Of a stretch of 31,232 nt of DNA, positions 15,478 through 27,200 are shown piece by piece; the first letter of the stretch is position 1; every line of letters begins with the position of its first letter. The DNA is from a virus (lineage: Duplodnaviria > Caudoviricetes), in the IMG/VR virus record IMGVR_UViG_3300040985_002723, positions 1 through 31,232 of that record. One strand, 5' to 3'. The position numbers and the translations under genes are program-made. A model generated the notes under the pieces. That model saw only the letters and a program-made list of their open reading frames with translations. It was not told the origin of the DNA and did not search any database.

Positions 15478-18213
15478 ATGACAGCATCACATAGCGAAGC
15501 GGAAAGCCTGCCATTGGGAATGTCTCTGGACTCTCCTAAAAAAGGCGCCTACTTGCAAAACATGATTCGAAGAGAGAGCTCATGGCAGGTCCGGACTGGA
15601 TTGGGTCAACTGGCACAGTTCGACACAACGCTATCTCAATATGACCGAGATCTTGATCAGTATGGTTATAGCGCATCGTTGGGTTCAAAAGGTATTGTGA
15701 CTGACTTCGGGAATGTTCAGATCCTTTCTGTTCATCTGACACGGGCCTTCACAGGAAACCAGATTCTGAATGGTCAATGGTTGAATGTCTATACAGTCAG
15801 CATTTATGATGTGACTCATGATGAGCGCTACGAAGAGGTTCTCTATCGACACACCTCAGAAATCAACTCTGATATCTTCACCATGGACAACTGGCGAGGA
15901 CAGTATGCCACAGCTAGAGATCAGGACTTCTCAGCATGGGCATATGCCACATCGAAACCCTTCTTCTTCACAGAGCTGGCCGATGCTATTATCTTTGGTT
16001 CTGAGGATGCCGGCCTCTGGTCTTACACGCCTGCCATTTTCAACAACAGGATCAGAAAACAAATCGATAGTGTCAATGATTGGGAATGGGCGCAAGGTAG
16101 ATCAGAAAACAGTCTGGTGACAAAGATTACTCCTGCTCCAGGTGCTTTTGATCTACAATACGGATATCTGAACCAAGGAACCTATCCCTCAAACCCGGGA
16201 TCAATCTCAACCATTGGCAACCGACTGGTGATTAGCAATGGTCGAACAATCTGGTTCTCAGATGAGGGACGGCCTGGTTCAATCATTGCCACCAACAACA
16301 TTGAGATTCCAGCCCAGAACGATGTCACCGCAGTTCAGGAGATTCTAGGAAGCCTGCTAATCTTCACCAAAGATGAGAGCTACGTCTATCAGCCCAACAC
16401 TGGCAACCTTCTGAATGCAGGACGAATAACAAAAACAGCTCAGGGCGTTGGTTGCACTTCACACAACCTGATTACACGAATGGAGAATGATGTTGTCTGG
16501 ATAGATGAGAATGGTGCTTACATCAGCAAGGGAACACTTGGCTACGTCAAGATCTCAGCTGCCATTGATCCAATCTTTGAGACCAGCATCTCTAATCCGC
16601 TAACCAGTTACTACACGGCTGCTGGTGCCACAACATTGCTGGAGGCACAACCTCGATTGACATACAGCATGGATGATTTGGCCGGCGCCAACATCACATA
16701 TGATCCGGTCGATAAGATCGTCTTCCTGTCAGTTCCGGCACACAACATCACACTTTGTCTTCAGAATGATAGTTGGCACATTTGGGCGCTGGAAGCCACA
16801 GTAGGTGGAACTGCCACAGCACCTGCTCAAACAGTTGGTGTCCAGCAAAATATTAACTCAGCCCATTTCATTCCTATTGACAGCAAGGTCTATGTTGTAG
16901 GTGGCCTGGAACAATACACAATCGATGATTCAGAGTTGGCAGGTGGTGTCACACCTCGAGATAATGACAACATCACAACATCATACTACATTCTGGAACT
17001 TGGTAGGGGAGGAGCGCTGGATAGATCAGTTGCCCTGAAAGAAGATAAGAGGGAGTTCGCCGGCCAATATCACACGTTTGCCGGTACTTCTGACTCCATC
17101 CTCTATTTTGATGAGCCCATTGTAATGCCGGTCGGTTATACCTATCCTAGTGGCGAATCACCCACTCAGGAAACATTTATGTACCCGGTCAGCTTGGTCA
17201 CAGATCCGTTGGGTCCGAACCTAGACAGAATCGACTTGGTTCTCGGTTTTGACAACACCAACTGGGCACCTGTGTTGAAAACCGGCGGAGTAGCTGAAGA
17301 GCTGGCTATCGAACTTCCCCCAGAACGACTCGGCTCTGCAGATGGGTACTCACCAGGTGCACCGATTGATGGAACATCTGAGGCTCAGGTCTATTCCTCA
17401 GCTACCGGCATTCCAGCTGTTGGAGGTGATCAGGTCAGGATTCGTTGGGATGGTGCAACCTACGGCGGAAATGCGGCTGGTGAGTACGGCCGCATCATGA
17501 ACACCAACAACAACCGAAAGAACCCACTCTTCTATATCGCATTTGAAAGGGTCAACGCCGGAACAGCATCTGTTGGTAGCATCGGCCTGACCAAGGTGAC
17601 AGCAGAGCATTCTTGGGATGAAAACATTTATGACATGACCATCTTCTACTGGGAGAAGCCGAATGTTTTCGATAAGCATGATGCAGATGATATTGTGCAG
17701 CCTGTTGAATGGGCAATCAAAACAGCTGAGATTGGCATCGAAGGAAATGCCCAGCTGATGACTCGAGGACAGTACCTGGCTATCAAATCGTCCGGAGAGG
17801 CTATAACTCAGTTCTGGCCTGATGCATCAACTCAATGGGGTCTATTCAATCAGTTGGTTGCACCTGATTTCAAGGGATGGACCAATCAGATAATCGATTA
17901 CTCAGGTGCCATCAAGGACATCGACAATCATCCAACATTGCGAAACAGGATGCACAATACAGTTACTGATGCTCCGGAACCCAAGATCTTCAATGATTTC
18001 GCAACATGGGGCTCGTCGGCTGATGCTGCGGCCGGCAACTATCTGGTTGACGATCAAGCCTTGGATACCATTGCAGTTAGCAAGCGGGTCAAGGGTGAGT
18101 CATTCAGCTGGCTCAACTTCGGTATTGTCAGGAATCGTGCTGAGAGGCTGGTTATCGATTCAATCAAAGCAGTCTTTAGTGTTGTTGCTGGCCGACGTAG
18201 GAAGGGCAGATAA
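15478..18213 (+). CDS. Tail nozzle / stabilisation protein (tail tubular B / P22 gp10-like)
   Basis: YLQNM...VRTG N-terminus; propeller-blade motifs GNRLVI, IWFSDEGRP, LLIFTK, GVGCTS, VWIDENGAY; AAGGAG SD. Confidence 0.8.
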   Translation: MTASHSEAESLPLGMSLDSPKKGAYLQNMIRRESSWQVRTGLGQLAQFDTTLSQYDRDLDQYGYSASLGSKGIVTDFGNVQILSVHLTRAFTGNQILNGQWLNVYTVSIYDVTHDERYEEVLYRHTSEINSDIFTMDNWRGQYATARDQDFSAWAYATSKPFFFTELADAIIFGSEDAGLWSYTPAIFNNRIRKQIDSVNDWEWAQGRSENSLVTKITPAPGAFDLQYGYLNQGTYPSNPGSISTIGNRLVISNGRTIWFSDEGRPGSIIATNNIEIPAQNDVTAVQEILGSLLIFTKDESYVYQPNTGNLLNAGRITKTAQGVGCTSHNLITRMENDVVWIDENGAYISKGTLGYVKISAAIDPIFETSISNPLTSYYTAAGATTLLEAQPRLTYSMDDLAGANITYDPVDKIVFLSVPAHNITLCLQNDSWHIWALEATVGGTATAPAQTVGVQQNINSAHFIPIDSKVYVVGGLEQYTIDDSELAGGVTPRDNDNITTSYYILELGRGGALDRSVALKEDKREFAGQYHTFAGTSDSILYFDEPIVMPVGYTYPSGESPTQETFMYPVSLVTDPLGPNLDRIDLVLGFDNTNWAPVLKTGGVAEELAIELPPERLGSADGYSPGAPIDGTSEAQVYSSATGIPAVGGDQVRIRWDGATYGGNAAGEYGRIMNTNNNRKNPLFYIAFERVNAGTASVGSIGLTKVTAEHSWDENIYDMTIFYWEKPNVFDKHDADDIVQPVEWAIKTAEIGIEGNAQLMTRGQYLAIKSSGEAITQFWPDASTQWGLFNQLVAPDFKGWTNQIIDYSGAIKDIDNHPTLRNRMHNTVTDAPEPKIFNDFATWGSSADAAAGNYLVDDQALDTIAVSKRVKGESFSWLNFGIVRNRAERLVIDSIKAVFSVVAGRRRKGR

Positions 18214-18801
18214 ATGGTTGAACGACGCGTCGAACGTAATCTGCTTGAGGATTTCTGGGTTGACCTGAATCATCGCAACGTTGAAGAGCGAAACAGGATT
18301 CAGGATGGGATGGGTGGAACCATTCTGACACCGACTAGTGTCTTTAAGGAAGAGAAGATAGTCGACAACAAGTTCTTGCTGACGGCCGGAATATACGGTG
18401 GCTTCCACATTGAAAAACAATGGACATCCATTATCGGATCACCAGGCGTCGTAGCCAACCGTATCTGGAAGATCGATAATGACTGCACCATCGACAATGT
18501 TCAGTTCAACTCTGACTACATTGGTGCACAAAATGAGACACAACTGGTACAAATCAACAGTGCAACGGCGACGGTGATATTTAGGAACTGTGAGTTCGTC
18601 AAGCGTGATGGACAACCTTCGGAGTGTATTGTGTTAGTGAGTGGAGCAAAGGCACATTTTGTCAACTGTATCTTCAGGCCGGCCATGTCGGTTGCCGGCA
18701 ATCCGATATCTAATCCAGTGCCAGGAAATACATTCAGTGCAATGGAAATCAACAAAACGGGTCAGATCCACCTCAACACGACAGTTATGTCAACACTATA
18801 G
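18214..18801 (+). CDS. Tail-associated short beta-helix-like protein
   Basis: Repeating xxNCxF turns (IDNVQF, FRNCEF, FVNCIF); abuts the nozzle gene. Confidence 0.55.
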   Translation: MVERRVERNLLEDFWVDLNHRNVEERNRIQDGMGGTILTPTSVFKEEKIVDNKFLLTAGIYGGFHIEKQWTSIIGSPGVVANRIWKIDNDCTIDNVQFNSDYIGAQNETQLVQINSATATVIFRNCEFVKRDGQPSECIVLVSGAKAHFVNCIFRPAMSVAGNPISNPVPGNTFSAMEINKTGQIHLNTTVMSTL

Positions 18802-18809
18802 GGGAAAAT

Positions 18810-19628
18810 ATGAGTGACAGTCTTCGAACAATAACAGAAATCCAGTTTGCCGATGGTACAACCATTGACGGCGAGCGCTTGGATATGTTTTTGGATGACT
18901 TTGTAGCCAGAATCAACAACATCAAAAGCAAGGATCTCTACCGCCGCCTAACACAAACTCAGTTCGTGGGTGGTTGGTCAAACCCTGAAGAGGCATATTC
19001 TGGTCAGCTTCCATGGATGAATATCATCAATGCCGATGCCGACGTTATCGGTGCAGTTCCGGCTGATGGTTATACCAACCCACTTCGGCTGAAGGGAACA
19101 TCACAGATTGCATCACAGATTGATGCACAATACGCATGCACCAACTCGCTATACTTCAGGAAGCCAGTCATTCTTCACAGTGTTCATATCTCCCTACATC
19201 AGCATATCTTTCTATCAGACATTCCAACGTACGAAGGAGAAGGTCCGCCGGACGGAAGTGAAAATGGTGACCCCTTCAATGATTTCTATCTGGACGTCAG
19301 TATTGACAATCCATACTTGACTGAGAATCGTGCCATGGCAGATGTTGAGATTCAGCGTGTTCGATTCCGTCTAGACGGTGATGCATTCAGTCGACTAGGA
19401 ATCTCTTTGCTAAGCGTCCCATACAATGACATGACACCCACCCGAAGGACTAAGATGGAAGGTGTTCATATCAACTTACGAAACCTGGACATTCCGATCC
19501 ACCGTGATAGTCGATTACGATACTCATTGGTTATTCCACATTATACTGATGATGACTACTGGGGCACGACCCCATGGACAATCAATGACTATTCTTGGAG
19601 TATCACTGTTCTAGAAGGACTCGAATAA
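18810..19628 (+). CDS. Tail structural protein (unknown family)
   Basis: 272-aa ORF in the tail block; QFADGTTIDG N-terminus resembles fibre attachment segments. Confidence 0.55.
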   Translation: MSDSLRTITEIQFADGTTIDGERLDMFLDDFVARINNIKSKDLYRRLTQTQFVGGWSNPEEAYSGQLPWMNIINADADVIGAVPADGYTNPLRLKGTSQIASQIDAQYACTNSLYFRKPVILHSVHISLHQHIFLSDIPTYEGEGPPDGSENGDPFNDFYLDVSIDNPYLTENRAMADVEIQRVRFRLDGDAFSRLGISLLSVPYNDMTPTRRTKMEGVHINLRNLDIPIHRDSRLRYSLVIPHYTDDDYWGTTPWTINDYSWSITVLEGLE

Positions 19629-19629
19629 A

Positions 19630-21345
19630 ATGGCAAAAATCACACGAAAGAATCTGGCTCGAGGTGTTCGATTGCCGACGCAGGCAGTGTTTGACGTCTT
19701 TGATGATGCACAAACAGAAATGACAACATCAAACATCGATTCTGACAACCTAGAGAAGAAAATGGGCACATTCCGTGTCAACCTCAACTTCCCAGTTATC
19801 GATAGCCGCTATTTCCAGGGTCATGGACCACTAGCTCCAGCATCAAACGGGCCAGTCGTCTTCGCCATGCCATTCTGTTTGCCACCGATTCAGGAAGAGT
19901 TCAAAACAACATTGATTCCTGATGAGGGAACACCTCAGGTTATTCTAGATGAGTTCCAGATTTCATGGGATCAACGAGGAGAGCCATGTGCTATCTCAGA
20001 TCGCTTTGATGCTGGTGGTACCCAAGGTGATATGAACTTTGACAACATCAATCTACAGGATATGACTGTGGCGCTGTTGGAGAAGCCTCAAATCTATGAT
20101 CCAACAACTTTGAAGACGGAGCCCTATGTTCCTGAGACTGAGGTTCTCTCGTTCACGATCCCATCAACAGTCTTTGCAGATCGAACGCTTCGCCTCAACC
20201 CTTTCATCGTTGATAGGCTCAACAAGGCCATCAACCCTTATCGAACTTACATGTTCACTCTGAAGGCTTCCTTGACTGATGGAGTTGATCGACACATTGC
20301 CATTGTCAACCTTAATGTCAGTATGAAGTTCAGAACATCATTGGTCCCACGGGACACATTTGTTCTTGGTGTTGATGAGGTCCAGAATATTCCATCACTT
20401 CATGATGGCGTCGGTTCAAATGATTCTTTGACAGTCACCACACCCAATCCCAATGCCCGGATTACAGCTGATGGTATTCGAGGCATTTCAAGCAATGCCA
20501 AGCACTTTGATGAGAAGCTGGAAGAAGGTCTTCGTGGTGGGTATATGAGGCAGTCGCAGCTTCCCGTCTCTGAACACTTGGCTGAAGATGCATGCTATGA
20601 AATCATCTGTGTCCCAATGTGGGGCAACTTCACAAATACACATGTGTATGGCGGAAACAACCCTGAGGCAGCAACCGGTGTTGGTGGAAGTCCTTACATC
20701 TTGCCAGCCATGGAGCGTCGAGTTATCCCGCTAGCATGGCCGATAACGATTCATCATGTCATGGCCGTTGTCTCATATGCTCAGCCCGTTGATGTTGCGG
20801 GTGGAAATGCCGGCATTCATCCAACCTCCCAATCATTTGAGAACTTTGTTGGCGTCGGTATAGGAACCGGTGCCCAAGGCGACTTGTGGGCATACGAAGA
20901 TGTTGCGACAACGACATGGACACCTGAGATTGGTGCCAGCCCAAAGTCAGATATCACGATCGACCGTATTAAGGCATCACGATTTGGTGGCCTATCAACT
21001 GGCGACTGGGACTTTGAAATCCTCTCAGTCCCCTTGGTTAGTGGAGGCATCGATGCATGGGATCTAGGCACAGGATACTATGCTCAGGGCAAGCCAGTTT
21101 ATGCCGGCCGTAGCACAACCAGCTCTTCCGCACGACGGAATCTAGGAAGCCTCCCGCCGAAAACAATCGGTGCTGAGCAGTTCCTGGAAGTCAGATGGCA
21201 TATTGTAGATGAGGTCGGACTAGCTGTCTTTCCTGTTGGTGCCACCGGTGCAGCAAATGAGGTCTTTGCAGGAATGACAGGACACTATGTATTGATTTGT
21301 GGTAAGAAGCATCTTGCCGGCGGAGGAAGAGACTTACCGTTATAG
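19630..21345 (+). CDS. Tail structural protein (unknown family)
   Basis: 571-aa beta-rich ORF 1 nt after the previous stop. Confidence 0.55.
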   Translation: MAKITRKNLARGVRLPTQAVFDVFDDAQTEMTTSNIDSDNLEKKMGTFRVNLNFPVIDSRYFQGHGPLAPASNGPVVFAMPFCLPPIQEEFKTTLIPDEGTPQVILDEFQISWDQRGEPCAISDRFDAGGTQGDMNFDNINLQDMTVALLEKPQIYDPTTLKTEPYVPETEVLSFTIPSTVFADRTLRLNPFIVDRLNKAINPYRTYMFTLKASLTDGVDRHIAIVNLNVSMKFRTSLVPRDTFVLGVDEVQNIPSLHDGVGSNDSLTVTTPNPNARITADGIRGISSNAKHFDEKLEEGLRGGYMRQSQLPVSEHLAEDACYEIICVPMWGNFTNTHVYGGNNPEAATGVGGSPYILPAMERRVIPLAWPITIHHVMAVVSYAQPVDVAGGNAGIHPTSQSFENFVGVGIGTGAQGDLWAYEDVATTTWTPEIGASPKSDITIDRIKASRFGGLSTGDWDFEILSVPLVSGGIDAWDLGTGYYAQGKPVYAGRSTTSSSARRNLGSLPPKTIGAEQFLEVRWHIVDEVGLAVFPVGATGAANEVFAGMTGHYVLICGKKHLAGGGRDLPL

Positions 21346-21370
21346 GCAGAAGACATCAGGATGTTGTCTG

Positions 21371-21400
21371 TTGAACCCTTAGCTTAGCAGCCTATATACT
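21371..21400 (+). promoter_or_regulatory. Candidate promoter TTGAAC-N18-TATACT for the ejection gene block
   Basis: Intergenic; same -35 hexamer as 30926-30931 (minus) and 31062-31067. Confidence 0.5.
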
Positions 21401-21451
21401 ATAAGGACTCGATCAAACAAGACACCAGAACAGCTGGTGGAGGAAAAGAGA

Positions 21452-22123
21452 ATGGCACAACCAGTCAAGAAATCAGCAGCAACCCTACGAAAAGAGAAGG
21501 GTATTGCGCAATCACAAGAGATCGCTCGCCAGAAGGGAGCATCAGCACTCGCGCTTGAAGAAGCGCAGGGAGCCGCAGTTGAGGGCCACAAGGCAGGAAC
21601 TATTGCAGGTTCCAAGGGCATCCGTCAAGAAGCGGCTGCTGGATTGGCTGGCGCTTTGGGTGCTGCACCTCAGACAGGACTGGGAGCCAAGGCAGCAGCC
21701 GGTGCCCAAGCTGGAAAGCAGGCAGGAATGGGTGTTGCAACATTTGAAGCCGGACAGGCTTCGAAGCTTGGCTCACTGAAAGAAAGTCAAGCCATCAAAC
21801 TGGGTGAAGCAAGGACAGCAGCTGCTGAAGCAGAACTCGCAGCAACCACCTTCGAAGAGGAGGCCAAGCCAGAGTTCAGCAAGGAAGCACGTGACGTCAA
21901 GATGGCTGAGCTAGATGCTGGAATCAACGCCATTCTGTCAGACAAACAATACCAGGGATTCTGGGATGACGATGAGGATGCAGCCGCCATGGCCATCGAG
22001 CAACTGATCAAGTCTGAGACTGACCCCTTCATCATCGAACGATACAGGGGCATTGCCGACAAGGTCCGAAGCAAGGAAATCGATATCGGTTCCACATTCG
22101 GCTCATCGCAAGCACAGATTTAA
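21452..22123 (+). CDS. Internal virion/ejection protein (small, Ala/Gly-rich)
   Basis: GGAGG SD before ATG 21452; Ala/Gly/Gln-rich helical sequence; first of three genes of increasing size. Confidence 0.65.
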   Translation: MAQPVKKSAATLRKEKGIAQSQEIARQKGASALALEEAQGAAVEGHKAGTIAGSKGIRQEAAAGLAGALGAAPQTGLGAKAAAGAQAGKQAGMGVATFEAGQASKLGSLKESQAIKLGEARTAAAEAELAATTFEEEAKPEFSKEARDVKMAELDAGINAILSDKQYQGFWDDDEDAAAMAIEQLIKSETDPFIIERYRGIADKVRSKEIDIGSTFGSSQAQI

Positions 22124-22133
22124 GGAGAACACA

Positions 22134-24212
22134 ATGGCCAGAGTTATTATGCCGTCAGGAAAAGTATTCAGGACAACTGGGCAGGATGAAAAGGATGATC
22201 CGCAACGTAGCCTCAAAGCCACAGCTGCCGGCCTGAAGTTGACAGGACAGAAGATTCAGAATGTCAAAGCCGGAGTTGATCTGGCGGCATCACTGGCAAA
22301 CCTGTTGGGACCTGCCATTGCTGGTGGTATCTCTCGTATTTCAGAGGGTGGTGAGGAAGAGGCCATTGCTGAGGTTGCACGCCGAAAGGTTGCTGCCAAA
22401 GGCTTTTCTGGTGATATGGAACCAGGACTTGGATCGATGGAAGAGATGAGGCGGATGCGAGCTGAGGATTCAGCGACAGATCCGGGTGAGTTGACCACTG
22501 TCGATATCAACAAGAAGGAGGCTGGAACCGGACTGTTGGAAAGAATCAACCGTGAGATTCCGGACAAGAAGCTCTCACCAGCTGACCTCGCACGTTTAAA
22601 GAAACTGAAGGCTCGACAGGCTGCAACCCAGAGGGAAGCAGTTGCTCCTCCGACTCCTGTCGCTGCAACACCTGCTGCAACACCTGTTCAAGGTCTCCCG
22701 GCTGCTTCAGTTAAGGCTGGTGCTGCACCAATCACAGGCCGTGAGATCCTGGGCACCCCTCTATCCGAAGCTGACAAGCTAGCCGCTGTTCAACTTCATG
22801 AGATGGCAATGTCAATGAGCATTCAGGATCTTCGGGAAGCCATTGCGATAGAGAGAGATGAGGACAACAAACTGATTCTGCAAAGGGCATTGGATACCAA
22901 GGCTGGTCCGCCGCCACCTCCAGGACCTAGGGATGTTTCGCCGCCTCAAGGTGCTCCACCTCCTGGATCAGAGAATGCTGATTTGGACATGTTGGGTAAA
23001 GAGTTTGATGCCGACGCTGACGTCATTGCGGCACGTGCCAAGTTGCATCAACCTCAGGATCCACACAACATCGGTAAGCAACTGATTCGTCCACAACTAA
23101 CTGAAGAGGGTAAGCCCGAAACATTCAGAAGTAATGTTGATCTTGGTGAGCAAGCTGCTGCTGAGGCAACTGCACCTGGTAAGATCATGGACTTTGCAGA
23201 TGCCCTGACAAGTGCACGTGCCAATCCGTCTGCCGAGAATGTTCAGGCATCCATCAAGGCACTTCGTGCTAGCAACTACCGCGGTGTTCGACCTGCCTCC
23301 TTGACAGAACTCATCTCAGGTGCCCATTTGCTGCGTGCTGAGAATGAGTTGGCCAAGACCACACAGATTCCAAAGGCTGTCAAGAAGAAGACTGCAGCGC
23401 AGATCAAGGCTGAAGAGGCAAGGGATAAAGAGAAAGCTCGACAACTGACAAGCAAAGGCAAACGTGAAGACATTGCTTTGACTGAGGCTCAAGCACTTCA
23501 GAAAGAGAATGCACAGCGTCGACCTGCACGAACAGAATCAGTTCTGGCTCGAAGGGACATCAACAAGCTGAATGCTTCCATTGCACGAATCAAGGCAGAT
23601 CCTGTACGATTGGAAGCGCTGGCGGTCCGTTTGGATAAGGCGACCGCGGCTGAAATAAAAGGATATGAGGTTAAGTTAGCTGAGCTCGAGAATCGCGAGC
23701 GCAGGGCAAAGGGTGATGAAGAACGTGAGAAGGCTGAGAAGCTAATCGAGGCTCTAGAGCTGAAGATCAAACGAGCCCAACTTCGTAGAATCAATGAAGC
23801 CAGGATGTTGACCACAGCCCGGAGACGTGCATTGAAGAATAAGCCTCAAGGGCCAGACGTTGTGAAGTTCCCGCAACAGGTGAGGAACCAGATGGCTGCT
23901 GCAAAGGCAGAGCTGGATCGTCAACGTAAGGTTGCTGACACTGCTACCAAGGCCGCTGATGACTTCGACAAGAAATCTGCTGCATCCTTCACATCAAGCG
24001 CCAAACAAGCACTTACAGCAAAGGCAGATGCCAAGCGCAAGATTGCCACGAAAGCACGAGGACTGGCAGATACCGCAAAGAAGAAGTTTGATGCATTGGC
24101 CAAGTCAGTCAAGAAGCCTAAGGCAGTTGATGGTGCAGGTGGCGGATCAACCGGTGCCAAACCGAAACCTGGCAAAAAAGTCAACCTATTCGCGCCGCCG
24201 GCAAAAGGATAA
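22134..24212 (+). CDS. Internal virion/ejection protein (medium, coiled-coil, Pro-rich linkers)
   Basis: TAAGGAG SD before ATG 22134; long Lys/Ala/Glu coiled coil; AATP tandem repeat at 22662-22685. Confidence 0.65.
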   Translation: MARVIMPSGKVFRTTGQDEKDDPQRSLKATAAGLKLTGQKIQNVKAGVDLAASLANLLGPAIAGGISRISEGGEEEAIAEVARRKVAAKGFSGDMEPGLGSMEEMRRMRAEDSATDPGELTTVDINKKEAGTGLLERINREIPDKKLSPADLARLKKLKARQAATQREAVAPPTPVAATPAATPVQGLPAASVKAGAAPITGREILGTPLSEADKLAAVQLHEMAMSMSIQDLREAIAIERDEDNKLILQRALDTKAGPPPPPGPRDVSPPQGAPPPGSENADLDMLGKEFDADADVIAARAKLHQPQDPHNIGKQLIRPQLTEEGKPETFRSNVDLGEQAAAEATAPGKIMDFADALTSARANPSAENVQASIKALRASNYRGVRPASLTELISGAHLLRAENELAKTTQIPKAVKKKTAAQIKAEEARDKEKARQLTSKGKREDIALTEAQALQKENAQRRPARTESVLARRDINKLNASIARIKADPVRLEALAVRLDKATAAEIKGYEVKLAELENRERRAKGDEEREKAEKLIEALELKIKRAQLRRINEARMLTTARRRALKNKPQGPDVVKFPQQVRNQMAAAKAELDRQRKVADTATKAADDFDKKSAASFTSSAKQALTAKADAKRKIATKARGLADTAKKKFDALAKSVKKPKAVDGAGGGSTGAKPKPGKKVNLFAPPAKG

Positions 24213-24218
24213 GTAAAC

Positions 24219-27200
24219 ATGCCAACAGTCCAAGAAAAGTTTGATGCCCTTCTAGCACAAGGAAGTACCGAAGCTGAACTCAAGAAGATGTTCATTGAAC
24301 GCTATCATGTGGATCCTTCCACGATTCCAGGTGATACAGAGTTTGATGAGCTCGAGCGCCGACGCAAGCAAGCGATGGAGATGGTTCAGCCTGCGCTGGC
24401 CAGTGTTGGTGCCCTTGTTGAACCTACAGCAAAACGAGCCGTCAGAGAAGAGGGTGTCCGTAAGATACGTCAAGGCTTGGCAGCTGCTGAGCCGGCGTTT
24501 GAAGCATTGGATACGCTAACTGAACTGTCAGGTGACCGGCAACAGAGGGAACGTGCCGGCAGTATTCGAAACATACCCACAAAAGCTAGCTTGCCCTCAC
24601 CTTCTGCGCTTCAGAGTGCAGCCATTATGCATGCCGTCCCGGGATCAAAGAAACCCGAGGATTTGGCTCGGGGCAGGCGCCATGATGTTCTACCATTCTC
24701 TGCTACAGGAGAGCCGGAGTTCAAATCAACGGAAACGGTCTTTGATCCTGTGGGTCAGACATTTGGTCTGGTCAAAGGTGCCATTGAAGAAGCAGGCAAA
24801 CCTGAGTCTTTGGCGTTGGCCGGATTTGAAGAGCAACGACGCATTCGCAAGAAGTTTAAAGAGAGTCCAGTTGATGCTTCAGTTCAAGGCGGAATCAATC
24901 TTGCCCTGAATGCTGTTCATGACACGGCCACAATGATTGGTGGCATTGCAGTTCTTGGTGCACAAATCGCCCTACCTCAGCCCATTCCTAAGGATTCCAC
25001 CAGTATCCAAGAGGGCGAGAAGATGGGTAAGGCACTTGCTCAGGGTGTTGTTTCAAGCGTTACTGCGCCACTGGAACCCATCATTGAGCAAGGCAGTGGA
25101 ACCTTGTTGGCAAAGAAGCTGGCCGTCGAGCCAGTCTCTTCAGCCTTGGACCTGATTCCCATCGTGGGGGCCGGATCACGTGTTGCCAAACTGGCCGGAA
25201 AGATTCCTGCTGTTGCTAAGGGTGCTGAAAAGTTGGGTGATGTTGGTCGAGCTGCCAAAGGTAAGGTTGCTGACGCAGCGCGAGCCACTAGCATTGCAGC
25301 CAACAGAAACAAAGTAACCAGAATCTATGGCAAGGCCATGGAAGGAATCTTGGATAAGGAACTGGCTGCCGGCTTCGTACGTTTCTTCGACGATGGATTG
25401 AAGCGACGAGATCCTAGAGCCTCAGCACTTGCAGAGCAGATCTTGATTGGCCCTCAACGAGCAACAGCAGAGTTGAAACTGTTGGCTGAGACCTTCAAGC
25501 ATGTTGGTGAGGAACAAGCAAAAAGGATTGCCAAAGGCACCGATGAACTTCCTCCCACACCGATGACACCTCATGAGATTCATGAATCAGCTCGAGCATT
25601 TATCCATGACCAACGACAAGCAGATAAACAAAAGGTTCATGAAGCAGATAGTCGAGTCCGTGATCGTGAGATTACCGATGCAAAGGCTATCAATCGTGAG
25701 ATCGAAGGTCCGCCGCCACCGCCAACTCGAGAAGCACAAATCTCCCGACTTGAGACTAGTCTAGACATGTTGTATAACAAGGCAGCTGATTGGCGAGAAG
25801 GAAAGTTTGCTGTCGGTCATGATGTCAGTAATCTGATTCAGCCATATATCGGCGTCATGGAGATTGCGTCGATGAAACCGGGCTGGGAAAACATGTCCCG
25901 TGCTCAGAAGATTGCCGCTGCCAAAGAATCCAAGATGGGTCAGCGATTACTACAACGAGGGATTGATGAGATCGATGAGGCCGTAAGCACTGCCGCGGCT
26001 GTTCCGGACCGAAACATCCGGATGTTGAAAGCTGAAGAGTCGGATATCGGCCGTCAAATCGAGGTGGCCACCGCGGCGCTGAAAGCAAAGGATGCAGAAC
26101 GCATCGACATTTCTGGTCAAATCAAGTTCAGGCGATCACGCATCCAGAGCATGATTGATGACTTGGATGTGCAGCACCGGACTGCAATAACACGCGGTGC
26201 CATGGATGAGGCGGCAGAGATTGGTGCCAAGCGAGCAGGGCTGATAGATGACTTGATCAAAGTGATGGAACCTGAGAATGCCTTCTTCGAAGAGATTGCA
26301 AAAGACATGGCAGCGTTGAAAGAGTTGCAAGGTCGACTACAGGATGTCAAGACACTTCAGAATCCTGATGCTCCTGTCATTCCGATTCGACCGGTCGTCA
26401 AACCAGATCCAGTTCCTGTTCCGGAACCACTAAAACCGTTCAAGCATGAAGCAGTTGAATCGCGTCCGGGTCCGACAGTCGACATTCCCAAGTTCACTGG
26501 ATTCGGGATTGGATTGGTTGCTGATGGAACCATCCCACTGCCGGCTGCCTCGAAGCATCTTCCCCTATCAGCAATGGAAGCCAAAGTCTTGGACACCTTT
26601 GAAGAGGCTGCTCGTAAACTAGATCCTACAGCTGAAGCTGGAAAACTACTGAGAGAGAAGTTGGGCGAAGGGTCTGTTGGAATGCTACAGCATGCTGACG
26701 TCCAGGCTGCCCTCTCTAAGTGGTTGGTTGCCCGTCTAGACACACTCCATCCTGCCATCAAAAAGAGGTTGGCTAGCCTAGACCCACAAAAGGTGATTGA
26801 TAATGTTGTCAAGCTAGCTGAGGAGGGCGACATCGCTCTTCAGATTGGTGATGGTCCTGCGGTTCGTTTGTCAGAGGTTTTGGATTCCATCATCCCTGCA
26901 AACAAGAAGTTGAAGTATCGAGCGCAACAGGCGCAAACAATCCTCGAGGACATGGCCGGTGATGTGGCAAAACAGAATGCCAACAATACCATCAACGCTC
27001 ACCTTGAAGAGGTCTTCGGTGCAGGATATCAGAAGTTGTCAGATGCTGATGCTGCTGCTGCCACCAACGCATGGGCTCGAAAGGTTGTTGAAGAAGGTGA
27101 GATGGCCTTGCAGTTCTTGCCTGGTCACATCAATCCAAAGCAGGTTGCCACAGCAGTTCGAGCACTGGTCGTTGGTCTAGACCGAATGCCGGCAGGTTCC

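Noticed and set aside
7666-22685. Short tandem repeats (7666-7695, 12655-12678, 22662-22685) as CRISPR or contingency loci
   Set aside because: Two-copy in-frame duplications in low-complexity protein segments, with no spacers
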